64,000 nucleotides of DNA from Candidatus Marinacidobacterales bacterium. Its GTDB lineage: Bacteria; Acidobacteriota; Vicinamibacteria; Marinacidobacterales; DATDRI01. The DNA is taken from positions 4,096,001 to 4,160,000 of the forward strand of contig OZ245365.1 in NCBI GenBank assembly GCA_965226495.1, written 5' to 3'. This document shows positions 19,411 to 28,497 of the stretch, piece after piece. Each line of letters starts with the position of its first letter. Position 1 is the first letter of the stretch. The position numbers and the translations under genes were made by a program. Under the pieces are notes generated by a model. It saw nothing but the letters and a program-made list of their open reading frames with translations. It was not told where the DNA came from and did no database searches.

Positions 19411-21330
19411 CTAGGGTCGCTCGGCGAGCCGCACGCGAAACTCCACCGAGTTTCCGTCACGCATCACCACTACTGGCACATCGTCGCCTGGCTTGTGGCG
19501 TCGCAACGCATCGGTGAAGTCGTGAAGACTATCGATCGCGCGCCCGTTGAAATAGACGAGCACGTCGCCGGCTTTGAGACCGGCCTTGTTAGCAGGTCCC
19601 CCGTCCCGGATGTCGTCGAAGCGAACTCCCTTGCCGTCGTGACCGAAGTCCGGCACCGAGCCGAAGTAAGCACCGTAGCCGCCTCCTCCACCCTGGTGGC
19701 GTTGAGGTTGCGCCGGTTTCACGAATGCCGGGCGATCGGGTAAGGCCTGCACATAGTCCGCCATTTGGTACGCCAATTTCAGGACTCGCTCCGCTCCGGA
19801 AGCGTTGATCTGCTCCCAATCGTCCGAAGGCTTGTGGTAGTCGCGATGAAGACCGGTGAAGAAGAACAGCGAGGGCACACCTTCCATCGTGAACGATGTG
19901 TGGTCACTCGAACCGTAGCCCGAGAAGCTGAAGGTGAGCGCGAGGTCTTCGTCGACGGCCAGCTCCTCAAGTTTCGATTGAAAAATCGGCGAGGTTCCTA
20001 CGCCCCCGACGAAAAGCTTTCCTTCACGAAGGCGGCCGATCATGTCCAAGTTGAGCATGGCCACGGTGCGTTCCAGCGGAAACGTCGGGTGCCGTGTGTA
20101 GTAGCGCGATCCCAGCAGCCCCAACTCCTCGCCCGCGAATGCGGCAAACAAGACACCGCGGTTGAGATCCCCTCGCTCTCCTGCCAACACACGTGCGAGC
20201 TCCAAGACTCCTGCTGTTCCGGAGGCGTTGTCGTCGGCGCCATTGTGGATCCGGTTCTCGCCCTTACCGGGAGCCGCAGAATGTTTTCCATCGCGTCCTA
20301 GGTGATCGTAGTGAGCACCAATCACGAGCAACTCGTCGTTTCCTGAAGGGCCTGAAGGATCTGAAGGGCCCGATGGGTTTGACGGGCTTGCAGAGCTGGA
20401 AGATGCACCGGCGGGCAGGTAGCCGAGGACGTTTTTCACGAAGCGCCGCTCTCGCTCTAGATCCGTACGGAGACGCACCTGGACGTCGGTAAGCTCGAAG
20501 GAGGCGGGCTCCAGGTTCTTGTCTATGTTCTCTTGCAACACCGAAAGCTTGGCGACCCCTTCCGGAAGTAACCGTTCGACGACCGCTTGCTTCAGATGGA
20601 CCACCGGGATCACCAAGTCATCGGCTCCCAAATCCTTGCCGAATTTCACCAGGCCTTTGGGATCACCGGGATGATGCACCGGGTCGGTCACGATAAGGAC
20701 CGCGGCGGCACCGTGAGCCTTGGCGTTGACGACTTTCGAAACAAAGGTCGCATGCCCGCGGCTGGGATCGAAGGGACCGTCTCCGTTCTCGCGTGGCGTA
20801 TGCCGCATCACCAGGGCGGCTTTTCCCTCCACGTCGACGCCCGCATAGTCATCGTATTCGTGCTCGGGTGCCGTGATTCCGTATCCCACGAAAACAACCG
20901 GAGTCGCCTCGACGTCTCCCGCGCCGGAGAAGGTCATGGGCTCGAAATCGCGATGGAGGCGCAGGTCCATCTCGCCGCTCGAATCCTCGAAGCGCAAGAA
21001 ATTGTTCGGCCCGAGAGAACTTCCCAGGCTCACCTCAAAAGGCTGGAAGTAGCCGGCGTCGTCACCGGCCGGCCGCAAACCGAGCTCTTCGAATCGCGCT
21101 GCAATGTAGTCGGCCGCTTCATCGAGCCCCTCGCTTCCGTTCCCACGTCCACCCAGCGCGTCGGAAGACAAGAAACGAATATGCTCGAGCGCCGCGTTAC
21201 CGCTTACCAACCCGACCGACGAGCGCTCGCTCCGTGCTGAGACCACCGCGACGACGAGACCTAGGAGGGCGATCCCGAAGAAAACTTGTCGTCTTTGGAC
21301 GCGGCGGTAGAAAGGAAGGAGATCTCTCAT
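19411..21330 (-). CDS. M28 family peptidase with PA and C-terminal PDZ domains, exported
   Basis: GAHYDHLG, GADDNASG, GEELGLLGS, NLDMIG, SDH and YHKPSD motifs; PDZ GLKAGDV. Start uncertain. Confidence 0.88.
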   Translation of the reverse strand: MRDLLPFYRRVQRRQVFFGIALLGLVVAVVSARSERSSVGLVSGNAALEHIRFLSSDALGGRGNGSEGLDEAADYIAARFEELGLRPAGDDAGYFQPFEVSLGSSLGPNNFLRFEDSSGEMDLRLHRDFEPMTFSGAGDVEATPVVFVGYGITAPEHEYDDYAGVDVEGKAALVMRHTPRENGDGPFDPSRGHATFVSKVVNAKAHGAAAVLIVTDPVHHPGDPKGLVKFGKDLGADDLVIPVVHLKQAVVERLLPEGVAKLSVLQENIDKNLEPASFELTDVQVRLRTDLERERRFVKNVLGYLPAGASSSSASPSNPSGPSDPSGPSGNDELLVIGAHYDHLGRDGKHSAAPGKGENRIHNGADDNASGTAGVLELARVLAGERGDLNRGVLFAAFAGEELGLLGSRYYTRHPTFPLERTVAMLNLDMIGRLREGKLFVGGVGTSPIFQSKLEELAVDEDLALTFSFSGYGSSDHTSFTMEGVPSLFFFTGLHRDYHKPSDDWEQINASGAERVLKLAYQMADYVQALPDRPAFVKPAQPQRHQGGGGGYGAYFGSVPDFGHDGKGVRFDDIRDGGPANKAGLKAGDVLVYFNGRAIDSLHDFTDALRRHKPGDDVPVVVMRDGNSVEFRVRLAERP

Positions 21331-21414
21331 TCGCTTCGCTCCAAAGGCCATTATAGGCAGGCTACGGTTACCATCCAAGGCGGGTCTTCCCGCTTGTTTC
21401 TTTCGGAGAGGGTG

Positions 21415-22074
21415 TCAGCTCGGCGGATCGAAAAGTGGCAGCGGCGGCGGATCGAGCTCGTTGAGAAGCTTCCAGCCCCAACTCCTTCGGGTTTCCGGCG
21501 GAAGCTGGCCATAGCGTTGGTGGTATCGCCGAAGAAAGTCGGCCGTGGCGGCATTCACGTAGCCACCCCCTCGAAGCTCCCCGAACTCATCGCGATAGCG
21601 AACCGCGATTTGCTCGAAGAGGCGGTCGCGAAGATCCTTCGCAATGATCGACGCGGCCGCGACCGCAACATGAACGGTCTCGCCAAAATCACGTGCTTCC
21701 AGGTGCGGATACTCCCCGGTAAGGGTTCCGAACATTGTTTGCCCATCAGCGACGATACGCCGTACCGGCCGAGCCCCATCAATGATCGCGCGGGCGCCGC
21801 GGCGTTCGAGCTCGTTCAGCAAGCCCTGTGACGCAAAGTCATCCACGGTTCGATGGTCGAACACCTCGACATGCACGTCCTCGGCGAGACGGCGGATGTG
21901 AGAGGCGAGCTCAGCCCTTTTTTTCCGCGCATCTTCCCCGGCCCCGAAGTCCTTGGAATCGGACACCCCGCGGCGAGTGAGAGCACCCGCCCTCGGAGGA
22001 CGAAGCACGACGCCGGCCACGACCAGGGGACCGAGGACCGGCCCCCGACCCGCTTCGTCGATGCCGAGGATCAT
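21415..22074 (-). CDS. rnhB: Ribonuclease HII
   Basis: GIDEAGRGPVLGP, DSK and VAAASIIAKDLRD motifs. Confidence 0.9.
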   Translation of the reverse strand: MILGIDEAGRGPVLGPLVVAGVVLRPPRAGALTRRGVSDSKDFGAGEDARKKRAELASHIRRLAEDVHVEVFDHRTVDDFASQGLLNELERRGARAIIDGARPVRRIVADGQTMFGTLTGEYPHLEARDFGETVHVAVAAASIIAKDLRDRLFEQIAVRYRDEFGELRGGGYVNAATADFLRRYHQRYGQLPPETRRSWGWKLLNELDPPPLPLFDPPS

Positions 22075-22201
22075 GGTGGGTCATGTTCGCCGATTCCTGC
22101 CTGGTCTTGCAACGAAAAAAACACCCGGGGCAAGAGGAGCGAGTAGAATGTAGGCTCGCTTACTCGGGGGGTAGTCGCCCTGCCGTCATAATAGGAAGCT
22201 C

Positions 22202-23659
22202 ATGGCTCACACCGAGGAGAAAGGTAAAGGGAAGTACAACGTCGTCGTGATCGGCGCCGGCACGGCTGGCCTGGTGGCGGCGGCTGGAACCTCCGGCCTC
22301 GGCGGCAGAGCGGCGCTCATCGAAGGCCACAAGATGGGCGGCGACTGTCTGAATTTCGGTTGTGTCCCCTCGAAGGCGCTCATTTCGTCCACCAACCTCA
22401 TCCAACGAATGCGACGCAGCCAGACATTCGGGCTGCAAGCGACGGAACCACAGTTCCACCTCGAAGAGGTCTTTGCCAGTATGAGGAAGAGACGAGCCAC
22501 CATCGAGCCTCATGACTCGGTCGAGCGTTTCGAGGGATTGGGGGTCGACGTCTTCTTGGGTCGAGCGCGGTTCGTATCGCCACACGAAGTCGACGTGGAA
22601 GGCACGCGGCTTCGCGCCCGGAACTTCGTCATCGCCACCGGTACCAAGGCCTTTGTGCCCCCGATCCCTGGGGTGCAAGAGATTTCGTACTACACGAACG
22701 AAACGATATTCGATGAGATGCCTTCCGCACCTGACTCGCTCCTAATTCTTGGTGGGGGCCCCATCGGATGTGAGCTAGCACAAGTGATGACGCGTCTCGG
22801 AGTTTCGGTCACGGTAGTGGAGCTTCTGCCGACGCTTCTTCCCCGTGACGATCCCGATGCCGCCGAGCTCATCACCAAGCGCCTCACCGAAGAGGGGGTT
22901 CGCGTACTCACCGGATCCCCCCTAACCAAGTTCGAGAAAAGAAACGGAACGGTCGTCGCTACCATAGATAGCTCCGGTGGAAGCCAAGAAATAACGACGG
23001 AAGCCGTCTTGATCGCCACCGGCCGCAAGCCGAACACCGAAGGCCTGGATCTGGAAGCGGCCGGTGTCGAGTACGGCAAGGCCGGCGTCAAAGTCGATGC
23101 GACATTAACGACGTCCCAGCCGCACATCTTCGCCTGCGGCGACATCGCCGGTCCTTACCAGTTCACCCACACCGCGGACTACCAGGCAAGGATCGTGGTG
23201 CGCAACATCCTACTGCCCTGGTTCAAGACCAAGGGAGACTACACGTGGGTGCCATGGGTTACCTACACCGATCCCGAGGTCGCCCAAGTTGGGCTCACCG
23301 AGAACGAGGCGGGCAAGCGCGGCCTTCCTCATTCCGTCTACCGCTTCGATTGGAACGACCTCGACCGAGCGATTACCGAGAACGAGGAAACTGGATTTAT
23401 CAAGGTGGTAACGCCACCCGGTAAGGACCGCATCCTGGGAGCTACGGTGGTCGGCGTCCACGCCGGCGACGTGCTTCACGAGCTGGTAGTCGCTGCCAAG
23501 CACGGAGTAGGGCTCGCCAAGCTGTCCTCGACGATTCACGCTTACCCGACTTTTTCCCAGTCCGTCCAACGTGTCGGTGATCTCTACCAGAAAAGCCGTC
23601 TGAGCCCGAGCATCTCCAAAGTCTTTCGGTGGCTCTATCGCGCCCGAAGGTCCTCCTGA
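22202..23659 (+). CDS. Pyridine nucleotide-disulfide oxidoreductase (mercuric-reductase-like, lacking the C-terminal Cys pair)
   Basis: GAGTAG, GGDCLNFGCVPSK, GGGPIGCE and HAYPT motifs. Confidence 0.85.
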   Translation: MAHTEEKGKGKYNVVVIGAGTAGLVAAAGTSGLGGRAALIEGHKMGGDCLNFGCVPSKALISSTNLIQRMRRSQTFGLQATEPQFHLEEVFASMRKRRATIEPHDSVERFEGLGVDVFLGRARFVSPHEVDVEGTRLRARNFVIATGTKAFVPPIPGVQEISYYTNETIFDEMPSAPDSLLILGGGPIGCELAQVMTRLGVSVTVVELLPTLLPRDDPDAAELITKRLTEEGVRVLTGSPLTKFEKRNGTVVATIDSSGGSQEITTEAVLIATGRKPNTEGLDLEAAGVEYGKAGVKVDATLTTSQPHIFACGDIAGPYQFTHTADYQARIVVRNILLPWFKTKGDYTWVPWVTYTDPEVAQVGLTENEAGKRGLPHSVYRFDWNDLDRAITENEETGFIKVVTPPGKDRILGATVVGVHAGDVLHELVVAAKHGVGLAKLSSTIHAYPTFSQSVQRVGDLYQKSRLSPSISKVFRWLYRARRSS

Positions 23660-24351
23660 TGGCGGTTCGAACTTACGCCAAGATCGGTGCCCTCGTTCTG
23701 GTCGTTGCCGCCCTGATGGTGTCGGCACGAATGTTGCCACTAGCTGAGTGGCTCGCCGTCTTCAACGGGTGGGTGCAAAGTCTCGGACCGGCCGGTTTGC
23801 TGATCTACTCATTGGTCTACGCCTTGGCCGCGGTGTTGCTACTTCCCGGATCGATTCTGACTCTAGCGGCGGGAGCCGCGTTCGGCCTGTTGCCTGGCTT
23901 CGCATCCGTCTTGTTGGGTGCCACCGTGGGCGCGGCACTCGCCTTTTTGGTTTCACGCCATCTGGCACGACGACGCGTGGAGGGTTGGATCGAGACGAAG
24001 CCTCGATTCTCGGCGGTCGACAAAGCGGTGGCCAAAGAGGGATGGAAGATCGTATTCCTTACGAGGCTCTCTCCGCTATTTCCTTTCAATTTTCAAAACT
24101 ACGCCTACGGCTTGACGAAGATCTCCTTCTGGCACTACACGCTGGCGAGTTTCGTCGGAATGATACCCGGCTCGTTCCTGTATGTGTACATCGGCTCCTT
24201 GGGTCGGAGCAGCTTGGAAGCCGCGGCGGGCGGCGAAAGTATCGAGACCTTGCAGTTGATCCTTCAGATCGTCGGGCTGGCTGCCACAGTGCTGGTCACG
24301 ATTTTCATTACCCGCATCGCGGCCAAGGCGTTGAAAGAGGCCGGGATTTAG
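23659..24351 (+). CDS. TVP38/TMEM64 (DedA/VTT) membrane protein
   Basis: RLSPLFPFNFQNYAYG and GMIPG motifs. TGATG coupling with the upstream oxidoreductase. Confidence 0.88.
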   Translation: MAVRTYAKIGALVLVVAALMVSARMLPLAEWLAVFNGWVQSLGPAGLLIYSLVYALAAVLLLPGSILTLAAGAAFGLLPGFASVLLGATVGAALAFLVSRHLARRRVEGWIETKPRFSAVDKAVAKEGWKIVFLTRLSPLFPFNFQNYAYGLTKISFWHYTLASFVGMIPGSFLYVYIGSLGRSSLEAAAGGESIETLQLILQIVGLAATVLVTIFITRIAAKALKEAGI

Positions 24352-24962
24352 TTCCGCGTCGCCACGAGAGCGAAGGCCAGCTCGAGCTCGTCCTTGGTTT
24401 TGACCGATCCTCCGGCCGCCTTGATCTGCGGCACGCCGAAATCGCTTCCCTTGATCTTGAATGCGCCCTCCGCTCGGAGTGTCTGGCCGTCGACGGTCAA
24501 GGTCAATGGGAACTTGACCTCGTCGGTCACCCCACGAAGAGTCAGCTCACCCTTGAGATTCCCCTTACGCTCCCCTCCGCCTCTACTCACTGAAAGCTCT
24601 TTCGAAACGAACACGATCTTCGGATAGCTCGCGACTTCGAGCGCTGTGCTCTCCATCTCCGCTTGGATCGTGGCCCGGTCCGCATCACTGACACCCTCGT
24701 CGACCACGGTCAGAGAACTTGCATCGATCTCGATACGAATCGAAGACATGTTGGGGTTATCCGGCCGCCAGTCCACGTCGCCTACGATGCCGCGGGCCTC
24801 GATCAAATGCTCGTGACCGAATGCCTTCAGGAATCCGGCTTTCCCGACTTTCACGGTGAAGCGGCTTTCCGTCGGCTGGATCGAGAAGCTCCAGGTGTCT
24901 TCAGAAAATACTGAAGAAACCGTGCCGAAGACAAAGACTAGAGCAGCGATGAGTCGATACAT
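24348..24962 (-). CDS. YceI family protein
   Basis: Signal peptide, YPKIVFVS, GELTLRGVT and DFGV motifs. Confidence 0.85.
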   Translation of the reverse strand: MYRLIAALVFVFGTVSSVFSEDTWSFSIQPTESRFTVKVGKAGFLKAFGHEHLIEARGIVGDVDWRPDNPNMSSIRIEIDASSLTVVDEGVSDADRATIQAEMESTALEVASYPKIVFVSKELSVSRGGGERKGNLKGELTLRGVTDEVKFPLTLTVDGQTLRAEGAFKIKGSDFGVPQIKAAGGSVKTKDELELAFALVATRN

Positions 24963-25133
24963 GTCGCCTCCTTGTGGGCTCGCAAGGCCCAGTCTACTCC
25001 AAAATGTTCCGTTCCTTGATCCGCCCTACTCTCGCGGTTAACATCGACGCGGAAATGACGAACCACCGGGGCGGGTAGTTTTTGCCCGGTTTTTTCATCT
25101 ACCGCGTTACCGAGCGGACAGTCAGGAGATGAT

Positions 25134-25886
25134 ATGAAAACACTCGCAGCCTTGCTTGGCCTACTGATGTACATGGCAGCACTCTCTCACCACCTGGCGC
25201 ATGCCGCGGGTGCAACACCGGCCTTGCCACAAGACCTAGAAATCGAACTGGCTCTGAGCGCGCTGCCTCCACATCTCAGAGACGAGGCAACTGTTTATGT
25301 TTTGGGGAAGTCCCAAACACTCGAAATCGCGCGTGACGGAAGCAATGGATTCCATGCGTTTGTTTCCCGCCTCGACCCCAATGCGTTCAACGGGGATTGG
25401 CCGTACACGGAGTATCGGGACGACATTCTCCTTCCGATCGCCTTCGACGATGCCGGCTCCCGCGCACACATGCCCGTGTACTTCGACATGGCAGAGATGC
25501 GAGCCTCGGGAACGCCCGCCGAGGAACTCAAGGCCATCGTGGTCAAACGATGGGAGACCGGGTACTACAAAGCACCTGAGAGAGCGGGCATCTCCTACAT
25601 GCTAGCTCCGATGTTCCGTACCTATAGGAACCCCGATGTTGAGGTGAACGAGGTGGGCACGACCAACGCTCCCCACTACATGTTCTACGCCCCCGGTGTC
25701 TCCAACGAAGACATCGGAGGAAAGGTCATGAGCGAACATCCGTTCATCCTGAACGAAAGGCCTAGCCCTCATGGGTACATGATTCAGTTCGTCGGGCAGG
25801 CGGAGAAAGGGGCCATCAACGAGGAGTATGCGGAGATGCTGGCACGGCTTTGCGAGCTCAGAGAGATTTATTGTCTGGATCGATAA
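25134..25886 (+). CDS. Secreted hypothetical protein
   Basis: AGGAG RBS and signal peptide; GISYML and PHYMFYAP motifs. Confidence 0.7.
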   Translation: MKTLAALLGLLMYMAALSHHLAHAAGATPALPQDLEIELALSALPPHLRDEATVYVLGKSQTLEIARDGSNGFHAFVSRLDPNAFNGDWPYTEYRDDILLPIAFDDAGSRAHMPVYFDMAEMRASGTPAEELKAIVVKRWETGYYKAPERAGISYMLAPMFRTYRNPDVEVNEVGTTNAPHYMFYAPGVSNEDIGGKVMSEHPFILNERPSPHGYMIQFVGQAEKGAINEEYAEMLARLCELREIYCLDR

Positions 25887-25973
25887 GTGCCTAGACTCGA
25901 AATAGCCCTGGGCCCACCGAGATACGCGGAGCTCAACGCCAGTCTGATCGCTGCTTTATTGCGCTTCGTCTCG

Positions 25974-26237
25974 ACCCCCTTTCTCGTAGGTCCCCATGAT
26001 CTCGGCGCGGGCGAGGATGTGTCCCTCCATCGCCTTCTCGAGCTCCTTCTTCGTCGGGTGGCCGAGGTCGGGAAGAGCGGTATCGAGCGCGTAGAGCTTG
26101 TGATCTAACCCCCTTTCTCGTAGGTCCCCATGATCTCGGCGCGGGCGAGGATGTGTCCCTCCATCGCCTTCTCGAGCTCCTTCTTCGTCGGGTGGCCGAG
26201 GTCGGGAAGAGCGGTATCGAGCGCGTAGAGCTTGTGA
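25974..26237. repeat. Perfect 130-bp direct duplication (25974-26103 and 26108-26237) of the PEBP gene 3' end
   Basis: Identical sequence with period 134; both ORF-track proteins contain HKLYALD...TYEKGG. Confidence 0.95.
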
Positions 26238-26581
26238 AAGTAGCGGTGACGTCCGATAGGTGGGCAGGGTCCGCGATATCCGGTCTCGCCCCAATCGTTC
26301 TTCCCCTCGCCGGTGCCGTCGGGGAGCGCGTCCGACGAAATGCCTTCCGTCAGACTATCTGTCTCCGCGGGAAAGTTGTAGAGCACCCAGTGCACCCAAA
26401 TGGTCTTCGGTGCTTGCGGATCCGGAGCATCCGGGTCATCGACAATGAGTGCCAGCCGTTTCGTCCCATCCGGTACATCCGACCAGGTAAGCGTCGGTGA
26501 CACGTCGCTCCCTTCACAGGTGTGCTTGGAGGGAATCTCTCCCTCGTGAGTGAAGCTAGATGAGCTCAGTACAAAGGCCAT
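26105..26581 (-). CDS. YbhB/YbcL Raf-kinase-inhibitor-like (PEBP) protein
   Basis: DDPDAP, WVHW and YRGPCPPIGRHRYF motifs. Confidence 0.92.
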   Translation of the reverse strand: MAFVLSSSSFTHEGEIPSKHTCEGSDVSPTLTWSDVPDGTKRLALIVDDPDAPDPQAPKTIWVHWVLYNFPAETDSLTEGISSDALPDGTGEGKNDWGETGYRGPCPPIGRHRYFHKLYALDTALPDLGHPTKKELEKAMEGHILARAEIMGTYEKGG

Positions 26582-26620
26582 GGCGTTCCTCCTTTAGGAC
26601 AGGGTCTTGCGTCATATCAT

Positions 26621-26650
26621 TTGATTATAGCGGTGCCATCCCTCTAGAAT
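26621..26650 (+). promoter_or_regulatory. Candidate sigma70 promoter TTGATT-N18-TAGAAT upstream of the YccA-like gene
   Basis: Consensus-like hexamers in an AT-rich divergent intergenic region. Confidence 0.35.
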
Positions 26651-26672
26651 CGTGACCCGGAGGAATGGTGAC

Positions 26673-27422
26673 ATGATGAGAAGTGGCAATCCCGCATTGA
26701 CCGCCAACACTTTTACCGCAATGGCTCCCGCCGCGTCGAGTCAGTACGCGATGACGATTCAAGGGGCGGTGAACAAGACTGCCATCTTGCTGTTTCTCGT
26801 CGTCCTGACCGCGTCCTGGACCTGGAACATGTTCCTCACCAGCGCGAATCCCGCCGCCGTCATGCCGTGGGTGTTGGGAGGTGCCATCGGCGGATTCGTC
26901 GTCGCCATGGTGACGATCTTCAAGAAGGAATGGGCGGGCTTCACCGCGCCCATCTACGCCTTACTCGAAGGCCTTTTCCTGGGTGCTATTTCCTCGATGT
27001 TCGAAGCGCAGTTCCCCGGGATCGTCATTCAAGCGGTCGCTCTGACGTTCGGAACGCTGTTTGCGCTTCTCTTCGCGTACAAATCGGGTCTCATCGCGGC
27101 CACCGAAAACTTCAAGCTCGGTGTGACCGCGGCCACCGGCGGCATCGCGCTGGTTTATTTCGCCACCATCATGCTCGGCTTTTTCGGAATCTCGATCCCG
27201 TATATCCACGGAAGCGGCCTGATTGGAATCGGCTTCAGCCTCTTCGTTGTCGTCATCGCCGCACTCAACCTGGTACTGGACTTCGATTTCATCGAGAAGG
27301 GAGCCGAGGTAGGCGCCCCGAAGTACATGGAGTGGTATGGTGCCTTCGGGCTCGTCGTCACTCTGATCTGGCTCTATCTCGAGATTCTGATACTACTCTC
27401 CAAGCTGTACCGCCGCAGCTAG
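26673..27422 (+). CDS. Bax inhibitor-1/YccA family membrane protein
   Basis: LNLVLDFDFIE and WYGAFGLVVTLIWLYLEIL motifs; GGAGG RBS. Confidence 0.88.
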   Translation: MMRSGNPALTANTFTAMAPAASSQYAMTIQGAVNKTAILLFLVVLTASWTWNMFLTSANPAAVMPWVLGGAIGGFVVAMVTIFKKEWAGFTAPIYALLEGLFLGAISSMFEAQFPGIVIQAVALTFGTLFALLFAYKSGLIAATENFKLGVTAATGGIALVYFATIMLGFFGISIPYIHGSGLIGIGFSLFVVVIAALNLVLDFDFIEKGAEVGAPKYMEWYGAFGLVVTLIWLYLEILILLSKLYRRS

Positions 27423-27435
27423 CCGGAGACACGAT

Positions 27436-28497
27436 ATTACCGATTCGACACCTCGGCTCCTTGAGCCAGGGGATTGGGCTCCCGATTTCGTCCTCTTGTC
27501 TCAGCGTGGCGTTCCGACACGCTTCATCGGCAAGGCCGGAGGCACGCCCACAGTTCTTCTCTTCTACGACACGAACCAAAACCAATCGTCGCTGGAAGAG
27601 CTCGAGCAGTTCGCAAAGTCTCTCGCCCATAAACAGCTCGGCATCTTCGCCGTGAACCGGGAAACGCCGGAGTCCAACCGGCGGGCCTTCGAGCGGCATT
27701 CCATCCCCTTCCTAGCATTCTCGGACACCGACGGCGCCGTGACGTCTCACTATGGTGTGGGGGAAGGTTACAAGATGACGGTGTTCGTATTGAGCTCGAA
27801 CCTACGGGTCCTCTCCGCGCATCCCTTGAAGGAGACCGAGACCTGGGCCGGGCAGGTGGCCACGCTCTTGGATACCTTGCCGCGGGAGGAGCCCGTCGAA
27901 GTCGTATCGCAAGCGCCGGTTCTCTTTATCCCCGACGTTTTGGACGACCGATCCTGCGAGCAACTCATCGCCTTTTGGCGAACCGAGGGCAGCGTGGAAA
28001 CGGGTGTCGAGCGATCCGAGCAGGGCGGGCGAGCCGATGCCATCGCCCCGGAAACGAAACGACGACGAGACCACACCGTTACGGATCCCGAGCTGCTACG
28101 CGACCTGACATCTCGAGTGGGACGCCGTGTCGTGCCGGCGGTCCGGAAGGCTTTTTCCTTTCGAGCCACTCGATTCGAAGGCTTCAAGATCGCCTGCTAC
28201 GACGCCGCGGAGGGCGGCTTCTTTCGGGCCCACCGGGACAATCTGAGTCCTGCTACGGCCCATCGGCGTTTCGCCTTGACGCTGAACCTGAACGAAGGCT
28301 ACGAGGGCGGGCACTTGCGATTTCCAGAGTACGGGCCGCATCTCTATCGGCCGAAGAGAGGCGGGGCAATCGTTTTTTCCGGCTCTTTGCTGCACGAAGC
28401 CCTCGAAGTCACAATGCGTCAACGCTTCGTCCTGCTTTCGTTTTTGTTTGGAGAAGAAGATGCGAAGAGGCTCGAGAGCGTTGAAGGCCCTCCGTGA
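27436..28497 (+). CDS. Redoxin (AhpC/BCP-like)-2OG-Fe(II) oxygenase fusion, probable ATT start
   Basis: In-frame LEPGDWAPDFVL redoxin N-terminus upstream of the called TTG. HRDN...H...R oxygenase motifs. Confidence 0.8.
   Translation: MTDSTPRLLEPGDWAPDFVLLSQRGVPTRFIGKAGGTPTVLLFYDTNQNQSSLEELEQFAKSLAHKQLGIFAVNRETPESNRRAFERHSIPFLAFSDTDGAVTSHYGVGEGYKMTVFVLSSNLRVLSAHPLKETETWAGQVATLLDTLPREEPVEVVSQAPVLFIPDVLDDRSCEQLIAFWRTEGSVETGVERSEQGGRADAIAPETKRRRDHTVTDPELLRDLTSRVGRRVVPAVRKAFSFRATRFEGFKIACYDAAEGGFFRAHRDNLSPATAHRRFALTLNLNEGYEGGHLRFPEYGPHLYRPKRGGAIVFSGSLLHEALEVTMRQRFVLLSFLFGEEDAKRLESVEGPP

Noticed and set aside
22202-23659. merA mercury resistance gene
   Set aside because: No C-terminal Cys-Cys, no NmerA domain and no mer operon.
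25956-26294. 112-aa ORF as a second PEBP gene
   Set aside because: Chimeric frame produced by the 130-bp duplication.
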